DNA of 63,891 nt, counting the filler. It is 4 parts of 4 records of this genome, joined end to end, with 100 filler letters (N's around TTAATTAATTAA, not from the genome) between each part and the next. Parts side by side here need not be neighbours in the genome. Positions count along the whole stretch, not along the records: positions 1 to 26,358 come from DRR378314_1969; 3 more parts are not named here. One strand, 5' to 3'. Position 1 is the stretch's first letter; each line of letters begins with the position of its first letter. The notes beneath the pieces are model-generated. The model saw only the letters and a program-made list of their open reading frames with translations. It was not told the origin of the DNA and searched no databases. Of this stretch, positions 11,630-22,078 are shown one piece after another. The position numbers and the translations under genes are program-made.

Positions 11630-12556
11630 TCAGGCCTCTTGCAGGCTTTCCTCTGCAACGTGGATGATGTGCAGCGGGTCGGTCCCATGGGGCACATCAG
11701 ATCCGCGCGCCTGTCCGGTACGAAACGCGGTCTTTGGTGATCCGGGTTTGAATATCCGCTTATCGGTTTTGCGCGCGGCCTTTTTGACCAGCTTATCCAG
11801 CCGCGTGATATCCATGTTATCCACCGCATAGGACAAAGCCAGAAACCGCCCATTTCCCCGATAGGTCACAATCGCTTGTTGAGGGGCCAGAACGCCACTG
11901 AGTTGCAGCGCCATTTCAGCGGGATAAGACGCCTGCGTCTCTGCATTTAGGTCACATAGCTTGCTGTTAAAGCGATCCAGTTCGATGGCAAATATCCGCA
12001 GATCCGACCCCGCCTGGCTGATGATACGCTGCACACAGTTTTCAAATGCATCCTCCAGAACCAGGCCGCGTTTGGTAACCTCTTCACCTTCCTGTGCACA
12101 GGGTAACGCAATCTGCTTTTTTGCGGCAATCTCCAGCTGTGCCGGTGCATTTTCAGGCCGTGCGAAAAAGCGCTCGGTTTCGGCGATCCTCAGTTCTGCG
12201 GCATGCAGCCGGCTTTCCAGTTCAAACAGTTCAAAGGGTTTCGCAACGTAGTCCCAGGCACCTGCCGCAAAGGCCTGCGCGATCCAGTTGCGGTCTACCA
12301 TCGCGGTCAGCATGATAATCGGGGTGAACGCATAGGCGTCAATTGCGCGCACCAACGGTATCAGTTGGATACCGGTCATGCCGGGCATTTGAATATCCAG
12401 GAGGATGCAATCAAAAGGTGTCTTTGCTTCGTTGATCGCCCTCAGCGCTTCTGCACCAGAAGTAACATACTCAACATCGTCATATCCTATTGTGCCAAGG
12501 AATACCTCAACCAGCTCTAGGATCAGCTCGTCATCGTCTACTGCTAATAGTCGCAT
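11630..12556 (-). CDS. Response regulator: receiver plus degenerate GGDEF-like domain
   Basis: AVDDD, LLDIQMPGMTG, LTA and AKP receiver motifs; C-terminal FAIELDRF...YRGNGRFLAL. Confidence 0.8.
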   Translation of the reverse strand: MRLLAVDDDELILELVEVFLGTIGYDDVEYVTSGAEALRAINEAKTPFDCILLDIQMPGMTGIQLIPLVRAIDAYAFTPIIMLTAMVDRNWIAQAFAAGAWDYVAKPFELFELESRLHAAELRIAETERFFARPENAPAQLEIAAKKQIALPCAQEGEEVTKRGLVLEDAFENCVQRIISQAGSDLRIFAIELDRFNSKLCDLNAETQASYPAEMALQLSGVLAPQQAIVTYRGNGRFLALSYAVDNMDITRLDKLVKKAARKTDKRIFKPGSPKTAFRTGQARGSDVPHGTDPLHIIHVAEESLQEA

Positions 12557-12860
12557 TGCCTGTACTTTCAGTTCTGTACAATCAACCGTGCGTTTGCGGG
12601 CTTTTGCTCCATCTATCAGGTTTCTTCCTTAACACAGTCAGACTGCCTACGAATGATACAAATGGTCTCGTTTTGACCTCCTCTGCTGCATTTTCGCAGT
12701 TATGTTGACATGATCCACCAAAAAATCCAACCCTTAGTTGAGGTCCGTTAACCTTTCTGATTTCTGGCACCCTCATGACCTCAATTCGCGGGCTGATTAC
12801 GCACGGGCTGGACCTGTCCGCCGCAAGCCATTAGGTCTGGTCGCAACGAAGGAAGCCCCG

Positions 12861-13811
12861 ATGACCAAGCCCCCATTGACCCTATATCTTGCCGCTCCGC
12901 GCGGGTTTTGTGCAGGCGTTGACCGTGCAATCAAGATCGTCGAAATGGCCTTGGAAAAATGGGGCGCGCCGGTATTTGTGCGCCATGAAATTGTGCACAA
13001 TAAGTTTGTTGTCGACGGGTTGCGCGACAAAGGCGCGGTGTTTGTGGAAGAGCTGGACGAATGCCCGGACGACCGCCCGGTGATTTTCTCTGCCCATGGT
13101 GTGCCGAAATCCGTCCCCTCCGCCGCAGCGGCGCGTCAGATGGTCTATGTCGACGCCACCTGCCCGCTGGTCAGCAAAGTCCATATCGAGGCACAGCGCC
13201 ATGCGGACGCCGGATTGCAGATGATTATGATCGGCCATGCGGGCCACCCTGAAACCGTCGGCACCATGGGGCAGTTGCCCGATGGTGAGGTTCTGTTGGT
13301 CGAAACCCCTGCCGATGTTGCCAATGTGACAGTGCGCGATCCGGCCAAACTGGCTTATGTGACACAAACCACCCTAAGCGTGGATGACACAGCAGAGATT
13401 GTCGCAGCACTTAATGCACGTTTTCCCGCCATCGTCGGACCCCATAAAGAAGACATCTGTTACGCCACCACCAACCGTCAGGAAGCGGTCAAGGCGATGG
13501 CCCCGAAATGTGACGCCATGCTGGTGGTGGGGGCGCCAAACTCCAGCAACTCCAAACGTCTGGTCGAGGTCGGTGCGCGCGCGGGCTGCGCCTATGCGCA
13601 GCTGGTGCAACGTGCAGATGACATCGACTGGCGCAGCCTTGACGGCATCCGCAGCATTGGGATCACCGCCGGTGCCTCTGCCCCCGAGGTGTTGATCAAC
13701 GAGGTGATCGCCGCCTTTGAGGAGAGATACGCGGTGACGCAAGAACTGGTCGAAACCGCGCAGGAAAACGTCGAATTCAAAGTACCGCGCATTTTGCGCG
13801 CCACCGCGTGA
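12861..13811 (+). CDS. ispH: 4-hydroxy-3-methylbut-2-enyl diphosphate reductase
   Basis: [24 protein letters not shown] and TAGASAP motifs. Confidence 0.97.
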   Translation: MTKPPLTLYLAAPRGFCAGVDRAIKIVEMALEKWGAPVFVRHEIVHNKFVVDGLRDKGAVFVEELDECPDDRPVIFSAHGVPKSVPSAAAARQMVYVDATCPLVSKVHIEAQRHADAGLQMIMIGHAGHPETVGTMGQLPDGEVLLVETPADVANVTVRDPAKLAYVTQTTLSVDDTAEIVAALNARFPAIVGPHKEDICYATTNRQEAVKAMAPKCDAMLVVGAPNSSNSKRLVEVGARAGCAYAQLVQRADDIDWRSLDGIRSIGITAGASAPEVLINEVIAAFEERYAVTQELVETAQENVEFKVPRILRATA

Positions 13812-14272
13812 TGCAGATGCTGGGCCGCATCCCCGCTGCCGCTCTATTGCTTGGGCTGGCCGGGCTGATCCCGTTCATCTGGGCGGCCCTGCTGGTGGTT
13901 GATCTGTTTGCCGTGCCCGATTGGCCCATCCCAAAGCTGTTGTTGGGCGAGGGACGTTTGATCATGATCCGCTATGGGGGCATCATCCTGCCGTTTATGT
14001 CCGGTGTGCTGTTTGGTTTTGCCACCAATGCCCGCGGAATGCAGGCGCTTGCTGCCTATACGCTTTCGGTCCTGCCCGCCCTCTGGTGGTTCTTTATGCC
14101 GGGTGTTGGTGTGACATCCGCTTTGGTCAACCTCGCCACAGGGTTTGTCGGCCTGTTGCTGCTGGATTACGCTTTTTACCGATGGGGTCTGACTCCAAGC
14201 TGGTGGATGACCCTGCGTGTGCAGTTGACAGTGGTTGTTCTGATCTGCCTCGGCATCGGTATATTCCTGTGA
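13811..14272 (+). CDS. DUF3429 membrane protein
   Basis: LGLAGLIPF, YGGIILPFMSG and PSWWMTLR motifs. Confidence 0.8.
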   Translation: MQMLGRIPAAALLLGLAGLIPFIWAALLVVDLFAVPDWPIPKLLLGEGRLIMIRYGGIILPFMSGVLFGFATNARGMQALAAYTLSVLPALWWFFMPGVGVTSALVNLATGFVGLLLLDYAFYRWGLTPSWWMTLRVQLTVVVLICLGIGIFL

Positions 14273-14862
14273 GCGATGACGAGACCTTAAGAACCTATGC
14301 CGCCAAGGCGGCGACCTATGCCGAGCTGGTCAGTGCCTCTGTCGACAAGGATGCCATGCTGCCCGCCTTTCTCTCGGCACTGCCGCAGAATGCACATGTG
14401 CTGGATCTGGGCTGTGGTCCGGGCCATTTTGCCGCCGCCATTGCCGCCAAAGGGCATCAGGTCACCGCCACAGATGCAGTACAAGAGATGGTCGATCTGG
14501 CGGATCAGCACAAAGGGGTGACGGCGCAGCTTGCCCGATTTGATCAGATCACCGGCACCGATATCTACGATGGCATCTGGGCCAACTTCAGCCTGCTGCA
14601 TGCGGCGCGGGCGGAGATGCCAACCCATCTGGCCGCCCTGCACCGCGCCCTGAAACCACGCGGCGTCTTCCACATTGCGCTGAAATCCGGTGAAGGCAGC
14701 AAACGTGACAGGCTCGGCCGCCTTTATACCTATTACACTGAAAAGGAACTGACAGCTTTGTTGAATAAAGCAGGATTCACCGTGACCGGCAGTCGCAGAG
14801 GCCGTGACACAGGGTTGGACGGTGCCGTTGCCGACTGGATCGGACTGGCCGCCCATGGCTAA
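14269..14862 (+). CDS. Class I SAM-dependent methyltransferase
   Basis: VLDLGCGPG and [12 protein letters not shown] motifs; GTG start overlaps the upstream stop. Confidence 0.88.
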   Translation: MSDDETLRTYAAKAATYAELVSASVDKDAMLPAFLSALPQNAHVLDLGCGPGHFAAAIAAKGHQVTATDAVQEMVDLADQHKGVTAQLARFDQITGTDIYDGIWANFSLLHAARAEMPTHLAALHRALKPRGVFHIALKSGEGSKRDRLGRLYTYYTEKELTALLNKAGFTVTGSRRGRDTGLDGAVADWIGLAAHG

Positions 14863-15307
14863 GCTATACGCCTATACTGACGGTGCCTGTTCAGGCAATC
14901 CCGGCCCCGGCGGCTGGGGGGCTTTGATGCAGGCCAAGGATGGCGAAACCGTTGTGAAAGAACGTGAATTAAAAGGTGGTGAGGCACAGACCACCAATAA
15001 CCGGATGGAGCTTCTGGCGGCAATCCACGCGCTTGAGACGCTGGACCGCGACACGGAGATCACCATTGTAACCGACAGCAATTATGTCAAAAATGGCATC
15101 ACCTCGTGGATTTTCGGCTGGAAGAAAAATGGCTGGAAGAACGCCGCGAAAAAGCCGGTGAAAAACGTGGAACTCTGGCAACGGCTGGACGCGGCAAACG
15201 CCCGCCATCGGGTTACGTGGGAATGGGTCAAGGGCCACGCAGGCCACCCAGAGAACGAACGCGCCGACGCTCTGGCCCGCGCGGGCATGGCCCCATTCAA
15301 ACCATGA
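14855..15307 (+). CDS. rnhA: Ribonuclease HI
   Basis: [22 protein letters not shown] and WVKGHAG..NERAD motifs. Confidence 0.97.
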   Translation: MAKLYAYTDGACSGNPGPGGWGALMQAKDGETVVKERELKGGEAQTTNNRMELLAAIHALETLDRDTEITIVTDSNYVKNGITSWIFGWKKNGWKNAAKKPVKNVELWQRLDAANARHRVTWEWVKGHAGHPENERADALARAGMAPFKP

Positions 15308-15927
15308 CGCTTGTCACCCTTCTGGATTATAGTTCCGTTCTTGTCTTTGCGGTGACCGGTGCACTGGTCGCCAGCCGCGCCCAGCTTGATCTGGTCGGCT
15401 TTGCCTTTATCGCCTGTCTCACGGCCTTGGGGGGTGGGACGATCCGCGATCTGCTGCTGGACCGCAACCCGATTTTCTGGATCGCCAATCCAACCTATCT
15501 GGGGGTTGCCGGTGCTGCGGCATTGGTCATCTTCTTCACCGCCCATATCTTTGAAAGCCGTCTGCGCGCCTTAATCTGGCTGGACAGTTTTGCGCTGGCC
15601 TTTGCGGTTGCGGCGGGTGTTGGCGTGGCGCTTGGCCTTGGTCACTCGCCCACAATTGTGATCCTGATGGGCATGATCACTGGCTGCATGGGCGGTCTGA
15701 TGCGCGACGTGGTGGTGGGCGAGGTTCCCCTGGTCCTGAAACAGGGGGAGCTTTACATCACCGCCGCTTTCGCTGGTGCGGCCACGGCCAACATCGCAAA
15801 ATTCTACCTTGTCGAGACACCATTTGCCCTGCTTGCCTGTGCCGCCGTGACCTGGGTGCTGCGCGCCGGGTCACTGACCTTCGGCTGGCACCTGCCGGTC
15901 TACAAAAGCACACCGCCCAAAAGCTGA
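15304..15927 (+). CDS. Trimeric intracellular cation channel family (UPF0126) membrane protein
   Basis: Duplicated motif [10 protein letters not shown] / [10 protein letters not shown]. Confidence 0.9.
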   Translation: MTLVTLLDYSSVLVFAVTGALVASRAQLDLVGFAFIACLTALGGGTIRDLLLDRNPIFWIANPTYLGVAGAAALVIFFTAHIFESRLRALIWLDSFALAFAVAAGVGVALGLGHSPTIVILMGMITGCMGGLMRDVVVGEVPLVLKQGELYITAAFAGAATANIAKFYLVETPFALLACAAVTWVLRAGSLTFGWHLPVYKSTPPKS

Positions 15928-15959
15928 ACGCGCCGTTTCGCCTTCAACTTTCCTTAAAC

Positions 15960-16196
15960 TCATTTCCGCCAGTGAAACGGCACAATGATCAGCGCCCCGA
16001 TTGAGGACAAGATGGCATTCATCCCCGGTGAGGCAAAGCCAAGGCCGAACATGATGCGGATAAAATAGAACAGAAACGCCCCGCCCACGCAGATGATGAT
16101 CGACTGAAGATAACCGTTATGGGTCCAGCCGGTCCGTTCTGCCGTATAACCGACGATCCCGGCAATCACGACAGTGCCAAACAGAACCAGAAACAT
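15960..16196 (-). CDS. Small membrane protein (GlsB/YeaQ/YmgE-like)
   Basis: Three hydrophobic segments, GGAG RBS, directly downstream of fmt. Confidence 0.65.
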   Translation of the reverse strand: MFLVLFGTVVIAGIVGYTAERTGWTHNGYLQSIIICVGGAFLFYFIRIMFGLGFASPGMNAILSSIGALIIVPFHWRK

Positions 16197-16200
16197 AGTG

Positions 16201-17115
16201 CTACTCTCCGTTTAACAAGGTGCCCACGGCGATCTGAGCGCCGCTTTGAAAACTTGCCACATCCTGCGCTGCCTTTCCGGCCCGTTGCAAGCGGGTCAAT
16301 TGCACCGCCCCTGTACCACAGGCGACGCGCATGCCAGAATCCAGCACCTCGCCCGCCTGCCCCACCCCATCAGCAAGCGATGAGCCCAAGGCTTTCACCC
16401 GTGTCCCCCCCTGTTCAAACCAGGCCCCCGGAAAGGGAGACAGGCCACGGATCAGCCGATCGATTTCCACTGCAGGGCGGGTCCAGTCGATCCGCGCCTC
16501 GGCCTTGTCGATCTTGGCGGCATAGGTGGCGCCCTCGTCAGGCTGTGGTTCGGGCGTCAGCGCATCAAGCCTGTCCAGCGCTTCGACAATTGCGTCCGCC
16601 CCCATCTCGCTGAGGCGGTCATGCAGTTGCGCGGTGGTTTCCGCCGCGCCAATCGCGGTTTCGCGGCGCAGCAGCACCGGCCCTGTGTCCAGCCCCTCTT
16701 CCATCTGCATGATGCAGACCCCAGTCATCGCATCACCAGCCATGATGGCCCGGTGAATCGGTGCAGCCCCACGCCAACGCGGCAACAGGCTGGCATGGAT
16801 GTTGAGACATCCCTTTTTCGGTGCGTCCAGAATGACCTGCGGCAGGATCAGCCCGTAGGCCACCACCACGGCGATATCCGCGTTTAATGCGGCGAAATCC
16901 GCCTGTGCCTCTTCGGTTTTCAAGGATACCGGATGACGCACCTCAAGGCCCAGCGCCTCTGCGCGGGCATGCACCGGAGTCGGGCGATCCTTTTTACCGC
17001 GTCCTGCCGGACGGGGTGGCTGGCAATAGACCGCCGCAATCTCGTGCCCGGCCCCAACCAAAGCATCCAGAACAGGCACAGAGAAATCCGGCGTTCCCAT
17101 GAAAATGATACGCAT
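16201..17115 (-). CDS. fmt: Methionyl-tRNA formyltransferase
   Basis: FMGTPDF and [16 protein letters not shown] motifs. Confidence 0.97.
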   Translation of the reverse strand: MRIIFMGTPDFSVPVLDALVGAGHEIAAVYCQPPRPAGRGKKDRPTPVHARAEALGLEVRHPVSLKTEEAQADFAALNADIAVVVAYGLILPQVILDAPKKGCLNIHASLLPRWRGAAPIHRAIMAGDAMTGVCIMQMEEGLDTGPVLLRRETAIGAAETTAQLHDRLSEMGADAIVEALDRLDALTPEPQPDEGATYAAKIDKAEARIDWTRPAVEIDRLIRGLSPFPGAWFEQGGTRVKALGSSLADGVGQAGEVLDSGMRVACGTGAVQLTRLQRAGKAAQDVASFQSGAQIAVGTLLNGE

Positions 17116-17147
17116 AGCTACCTCCTGTTCACGGCCAAAGGCCTTGT

Positions 17148-17645
17148 TTAACCTTTAAGTTTTTGCGCCTTGCGCAGCAGCATGTCGCGTTTGGTCTTGC
17201 TGAGCTTGTCAAAATACATCCGCCCCGCCAGATGGTCGATCTGGTGCTGCACGCTGGTTGCTTCCAATCCGACAAATTCACCCCGCGCAATCACACCATC
17301 AGCGTTCAGATAGCGCACAGAGACCGCGCGCGGGCGGGTGATCTTGGCCGATACACCGGGCAAACAGGGGCTCGCCTCTTCATGCACATTTGGTTTTGCC
17401 GAGGATTCGATGATCTGCGGATTTGCCATCAGGATCCGTTTGTTCCGGTCACTGGAGGCATCGACCACGGCCAGTTGCAGCATCACACCGATCTGCGGCG
17501 CGCCAAGCCCCACGCCCGGCATGGCATCCATGGTATCGACCATATCCTGCCAGATCGTGCGAATTTCATCGGTGATCTCGCTTACCTCTTCGGCTTTGGT
17601 ACGCAGACGTTTGTCGGGCCATTGCAGGATTTTGCGGACTGTCAT
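17148..17645 (-). CDS. def: Peptide deformylase-like protein with degenerate motifs
   Basis: [14 protein letters not shown] (for EGCLS) and HQIDH (for HExDH). Confidence 0.85.
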   Translation of the reverse strand: MTVRKILQWPDKRLRTKAEEVSEITDEIRTIWQDMVDTMDAMPGVGLGAPQIGVMLQLAVVDASSDRNKRILMANPQIIESSAKPNVHEEASPCLPGVSAKITRPRAVSVRYLNADGVIARGEFVGLEATSVQHQIDHLAGRMYFDKLSKTKRDMLLRKAQKLKG

Positions 17646-18139
17646 TGTGCGTTATACTCCGCAATCAGGGCCGTGCGATCGTCAGCCGCAAGGTGATCAA
17701 AGGTGACCACCCCGTCCAGATGATCCAGTTCATGCTGAACGCAGGCGGCGGCAAAGCCGTCAAAACTTTGGACATAACGCCCGCCGTTCAGGCCGGTCCA
17801 AACCATTTGAACCTGTGCGGGCCGGTTCACGGATGCCGTCACCCCCGGAATGCTGAGGCAGCCTTCATCATTGACCTGCCGCTCTTCGCTGATTTCCTGC
17901 AACATCGGGTTGATACAGACCAGCGGGTCGGATTTGCCTTCTTTCCAGCCAGCGTCCATTACAAAAATCCGCTGCATCACGCCAACTTGCGGTGCGGCCA
18001 GCCCACGGCCGGGGGCGGCATACATGGTTTCCAGCATATCGGCAGCCAATGTTTCGATCTCTGGTGTGATCTCTTCGACCGGCACAGCTGTCTCGACCAG
18101 ACGCGGATCAGGCCAGAGCAGGATCGGCAGGATGCTCAT
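17642..18139 (-). CDS. def: Peptide deformylase
   Basis: GRGLAAPQ, EGCLS and HELDH motifs. Confidence 0.93.
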   Translation of the reverse strand: MSILPILLWPDPRLVETAVPVEEITPEIETLAADMLETMYAAPGRGLAAPQVGVMQRIFVMDAGWKEGKSDPLVCINPMLQEISEERQVNDEGCLSIPGVTASVNRPAQVQMVWTGLNGGRYVQSFDGFAAACVQHELDHLDGVVTFDHLAADDRTALIAEYNAQ

Positions 18140-18654
18140 CCGCGTGCCAGTTCACGTTTCAGTTTCACCATCTTGCGGGTCATCATCTGTCGTTTCAGCG
18201 GTTTCAGATAGTCAATGAACAGCTTGCCATCCAGATGGTCAATTTCATGCTGCACACAAGTCGCCCACAGCCCGTCAAAGGTTTCGCTTTGGGCGTTGCC
18301 GTCACGGTCCATCCACTCCACATCCACCACCTTGGGGCGGGTCACATCGGCATAAAGGTCAGGCAGCGACAAACAGCCTTCCTCATAAGTGTTTTCCTCG
18401 TCCGAACTGGCCAGAATGCGTGGATTGAACATCACCAGCGGGCGGGGTTTCTCACCCTCTTCCTTGACGCAATCCAGCACGATCACCCGGTCCAGCACAC
18501 CGACCTGCGGTGCGGCCAGCCCGATGCCGGGGGCCTCATACATGGTGCGCAGCATATCATCCGCCAACAGACGCAAATCGTCACTGAGATCAGCAACGGG
18601 TTTGGCCAGTTTCTTGAGGCGCGGGTCGGGGTGCAAAAGGATCGAGCGTTTCAT
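18136..18654 (-). CDS. def: Peptide deformylase
   Basis: GIGLAAPQ, EGCLS and HEIDH motifs; basic C-terminal helix. Confidence 0.95.
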   Translation of the reverse strand: MKRSILLHPDPRLKKLAKPVADLSDDLRLLADDMLRTMYEAPGIGLAAPQVGVLDRVIVLDCVKEEGEKPRPLVMFNPRILASSDEENTYEEGCLSLPDLYADVTRPKVVDVEWMDRDGNAQSETFDGLWATCVQHEIDHLDGKLFIDYLKPLKRQMMTRKMVKLKRELARG

Positions 18655-18752
18655 GGGGCTGATGTAGGCCAAGCCCCCTGTCTGTGCAAGCAAGGGGTTG
18701 CAGCCCGCCTGTCAGTTGCTAGCTTGCGCTTTGACCAACAGGAGCATCCCCC

Positions 18753-19922
18753 ATGAGTTTTGACGAAATCATCGACCGCCGTAACACCCATTGTGCCAAG
18801 TGGGACAAGATGGAGGCGCTTTATGGTGTGCCACGTGATGAGGGGATCGCGATGTGGGTTGCGGACATGGATTTCCGCCCGCCCGCGGTGGTGCAACAAG
18901 CCGTGCGGGATATGACTGATCATGGTGTTTACGGGTATTTCGGCGATGACAGCAAATACCTGAACGCAATCCAGTGGTGGATGAAAACGCGCCATAACTG
19001 GGAGATTGACCCCTCTTGGATCTTTACCACCCATGGTCTGGTGAATGGCACGGCAATGTGTGTGGACGCCTATACGGATGCCGATGACGGGGTGGTTTTG
19101 TTCACCCCAGTATATCACGCCTTTGCACGGGTCATCGAAGCGGCGGGCCGCAAGGTCGTTGAATGCGAGATGCCGGTGGTCGCGGGCCGGTATGAAATGG
19201 ACTTTGACGCCTGGGACGCGCAGATGACCGGCGGCGAAAAGATGCTGATCCTGTGTTCACCGCATAACCCCGGTGGCCGTGTCTGGAGCCGTGCAGAGCT
19301 GCAAGGTGTCGCCGATTTTGCCAAACGACATGATCTGATTCTGGTCTCTGACGAGATCCACCATGATCTGGTGATGCCTGGTAACTCTCATATCCCGATG
19401 GCGCATATCGAGGGCATCAAGGATCGGCTGGTGATGATGACCGCCACCACCAAGACATTCAACATTGCAGGTAGCCATTCGGGCAATGTGATCATCGAAG
19501 ACCCTGATTTGCGGGCAAAGTTTGCCGCACGGATGATGGCAATGGGGCTGTCAGCGAACTCTTTCGGGTTGTTCATGGCAACTGCCGCCTATTCGCCGGA
19601 AGGAGCCGCTTGGGTGGATGATCTGGTCACCTATCTGGATGGCAACCGGCAGCTGTTTGATGAGGCGGTCAATGCCATACCGGGGCTGAAGTCGATGAAC
19701 CTTGAGGCCACCTATCTCGCTTGGGTCGATTTTGCCGATACTGGCATGGCGCGGGATGAATTCACCCGCCGCGTTCAGGAAGATGCCAAGATCGCGGTCA
19801 ATCACGGCCCTACCTTTGGCAAGGGTGGCGAGAGCTTTTTGCGGTTCAACATCGCCACGCCCCGTGCACGGGTGCAAGAGGCGTGCACCCGTCTGGCAGA
19901 GGCGTTCCGCGACCTGCAATAG
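18753..19922 (+). CDS. patB: PatB/MalY family PLP-dependent C-S lyase
   Basis: MWVADMDF, CSPHNPGG, SDEIHHD and TKTFNIAG motifs. Confidence 0.9.
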   Translation: MSFDEIIDRRNTHCAKWDKMEALYGVPRDEGIAMWVADMDFRPPAVVQQAVRDMTDHGVYGYFGDDSKYLNAIQWWMKTRHNWEIDPSWIFTTHGLVNGTAMCVDAYTDADDGVVLFTPVYHAFARVIEAAGRKVVECEMPVVAGRYEMDFDAWDAQMTGGEKMLILCSPHNPGGRVWSRAELQGVADFAKRHDLILVSDEIHHDLVMPGNSHIPMAHIEGIKDRLVMMTATTKTFNIAGSHSGNVIIEDPDLRAKFAARMMAMGLSANSFGLFMATAAYSPEGAAWVDDLVTYLDGNRQLFDEAVNAIPGLKSMNLEATYLAWVDFADTGMARDEFTRRVQEDAKIAVNHGPTFGKGGESFLRFNIATPRARVQEACTRLAEAFRDLQ

Positions 19923-19939
19923 GCTCTCGCGGATCAGGA

Positions 19940-20317
19940 TCAGCCCCCTTTGGACAGGTCCTGCGCGATCATCAGGGCGTTGCCGTCGGGGTCATAGAGA
20001 GAGGCGAGGCTGACCATACCTTCCATGGTTTCGGTCGGCCCGTCGAACTTCACGCCCGCCCCTTCCAAGGCACTGCGGGCAGCGGCGATGTCGGCCACAC
20101 CAAATACCGGCACCGCGTTGCCCGGTACCGGCTCTGCCTGCTCTCCCAGACCCAGAACAACGCCTTTGGTATTTGTGGACATCTCGCTCCACCCGGCGTC
20201 ATCTATATGAACATTCAGTGAAAACCCCAGCATCTCCTCATACCATTTCGCACTTGCGTGGCGGTCACGGACCGACAGCGCAATGGTGATCTGGTCATCA
20301 ACGGTTACAACAGACAT
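19940..20317 (-). CDS. VOC/glyoxalase family protein
   Basis: LSVRD..ASAKWY..MLGF and YDPDGN motifs. Confidence 0.88.
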   Translation of the reverse strand: MSVVTVDDQITIALSVRDRHASAKWYEEMLGFSLNVHIDDAGWSEMSTNTKGVVLGLGEQAEPVPGNAVPVFGVADIAAARSALEGAGVKFDGPTETMEGMVSLASLYDPDGNALMIAQDLSKGG

Positions 20318-20357
20318 GGGCTTTTCCTTTGTATAAAAATTATATATACTATACTTT

Positions 20358-20894
20358 ATGGACATAAATCTGATTGTCAAGATTACAACGCGCGCATGGT
20401 CGCTGCGCATTCTCGCTCTGCTGGATCAGGGCGTTCCCGGACGACAGGCTGCCTTGTTGCAAGCCACCAAGGCAGGGCGCACGGCCTTTGCCCAAAGCCT
20501 GCATCACTTGATCGACCTTGGTCTGTTGGAGCGCAATCCGGGGCATGGTCACCCCTTGCGACCGGAATACCGCCTGACGCCAAATGGCATCGAAGCCGCC
20601 GCCATGGCGCATCGCGTATTGTGTGCTGTACCCGATGAACAGGACGCCCCCTTGCTGAGACGCGCATGGACACTGCCGGTCCTGACGGTCAGCCCGGAAC
20701 CGCGTTCCTTTACTCAGATCAAGACAGCCCTGCCTGCCATCACCGACCGCGCACTGTCGCAAACCTTCAAACAGCTACAGGGGCACGGCTGGCTGATGCG
20801 ACATGTCGACACAGCGGCACATCCCCCGCGTGCAACCTACCATGCGGTGAACGCCGGATTACGCATCAACAAAGCCGTATTACTGTCTGCATAG
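20358..20894 (+). CDS. Tandem HxlR-type winged-helix regulator
   Basis: Two repeats: RAWSLRIL...EYRLT and RAWTLPVL...ITDRALSQ...RATY. Confidence 0.8.
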   Translation: MDINLIVKITTRAWSLRILALLDQGVPGRQAALLQATKAGRTAFAQSLHHLIDLGLLERNPGHGHPLRPEYRLTPNGIEAAAMAHRVLCAVPDEQDAPLLRRAWTLPVLTVSPEPRSFTQIKTALPAITDRALSQTFKQLQGHGWLMRHVDTAAHPPRATYHAVNAGLRINKAVLLSA

Positions 20895-20998
20895 CGCAGA
20901 AAGCCGCCGAAAATTACCCCTGAACAGATTATTAAGGTTCATCGCGCAAGTGTCGTTTGCGTGAACCGGCGATTGCTCTATGAAGGGGGCTAACAACA

Positions 20999-22066
20999 AT
21001 GAAAAACAGGCACATGTCCGAAAATTCCCCTACCACACCGCCGCAGGCCGAAACGCGCGCTGCAAGAGACTGGGTCAAAATTCTGGCCGAATACCGTGAA
21101 CCAAGCAGCTGGCGCAGCTCTTTCGAACTGGCCGCAACGATCGGTCCGTTTTTGCTGATCTGGATACTTGCATGGCTCTCCCTCTCCGTCAGCTATTGGC
21201 TGACCTTTGGCCTTTCCCTGCTGAATGCCGCGTTTTTGCTGCGCCTTTTCGCGATCCAGCATGATTGTGGCCATGGTGCCTTCTTCAAGAACCGCACGCT
21301 GAGTGACTGGCTGGGCCGCGCGTTGGGGGTGCTGACGCTTACGCCTTATGATGTCTGGCAGCGCACCCATTCGATTCACCACAGCTCTTCGGGCAACCTT
21401 GGACGCCGGGGCATGGGCGATGTTCACACGATGACATTGGCCGAGTATCGCGAGGCCGGGACGGTTGAACGTCTGATCTACCGCCTCTACCGCCACCCGA
21501 TCATTCTCTTTGGTCTTGGGCCGGGATATCTGTTCTTTCTGCAAAACCGTATCCCCTTGGGTTTGATGAACAATCTGCGCTACTGGATCAGCGCCATGGG
21601 CACCAATCTGGTGATCCTCGCGGCCCTTGCGGCGATTCTGTACTTCGGCGGACTGATGCCGATTCTGTTGATCTTTGTACCTTCGACCCTGTTGGCCGCG
21701 ACTGCCGGTGTCTGGCTGTTCTACGTTCAGCACCAGTTTGAAACGACCCATTGGGAAAATGATGAAGACTGGCAATTGCACGAGGCCGCTTTGCACGGCA
21801 GCTCGCACTATGTAATGCCATCGATCCTGCAATGGCTTAGCGCCAATATCGGGGTGCATCACGTGCACCATCTATACAGCCGCATCCCGTTTTACCGCCT
21901 GCCCGAGGTGCTGCGTGATCACAGTGATCTGGCCGAAGGCAACCGGATGACGATCCGCGAAAGTCTGGCCAATGCCCGCCTGCACCTATGGGACGAGGAA
22001 GGCAGAAGACTGCTTTCCTTCTCGCAGGCCCGCGCGCGGTTCAAGGAGCTTGCCAAACCGGCCTGA
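20999..22066 (+). CDS. Membrane fatty acid desaturase
   Basis: His boxes HDCGH, HSIHH and HHVHH; FYVQHQFE. Confidence 0.93.
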   Translation: MKNRHMSENSPTTPPQAETRAARDWVKILAEYREPSSWRSSFELAATIGPFLLIWILAWLSLSVSYWLTFGLSLLNAAFLLRLFAIQHDCGHGAFFKNRTLSDWLGRALGVLTLTPYDVWQRTHSIHHSSSGNLGRRGMGDVHTMTLAEYREAGTVERLIYRLYRHPIILFGLGPGYLFFLQNRIPLGLMNNLRYWISAMGTNLVILAALAAILYFGGLMPILLIFVPSTLLAATAGVWLFYVQHQFETTHWENDEDWQLHEAALHGSSHYVMPSILQWLSANIGVHHVHHLYSRIPFYRLPEVLRDHSDLAEGNRMTIRESLANARLHLWDEEGRRLLSFSQARARFKELAKPA

Positions 22067-22078
22067 CTTTCGCCGCCT

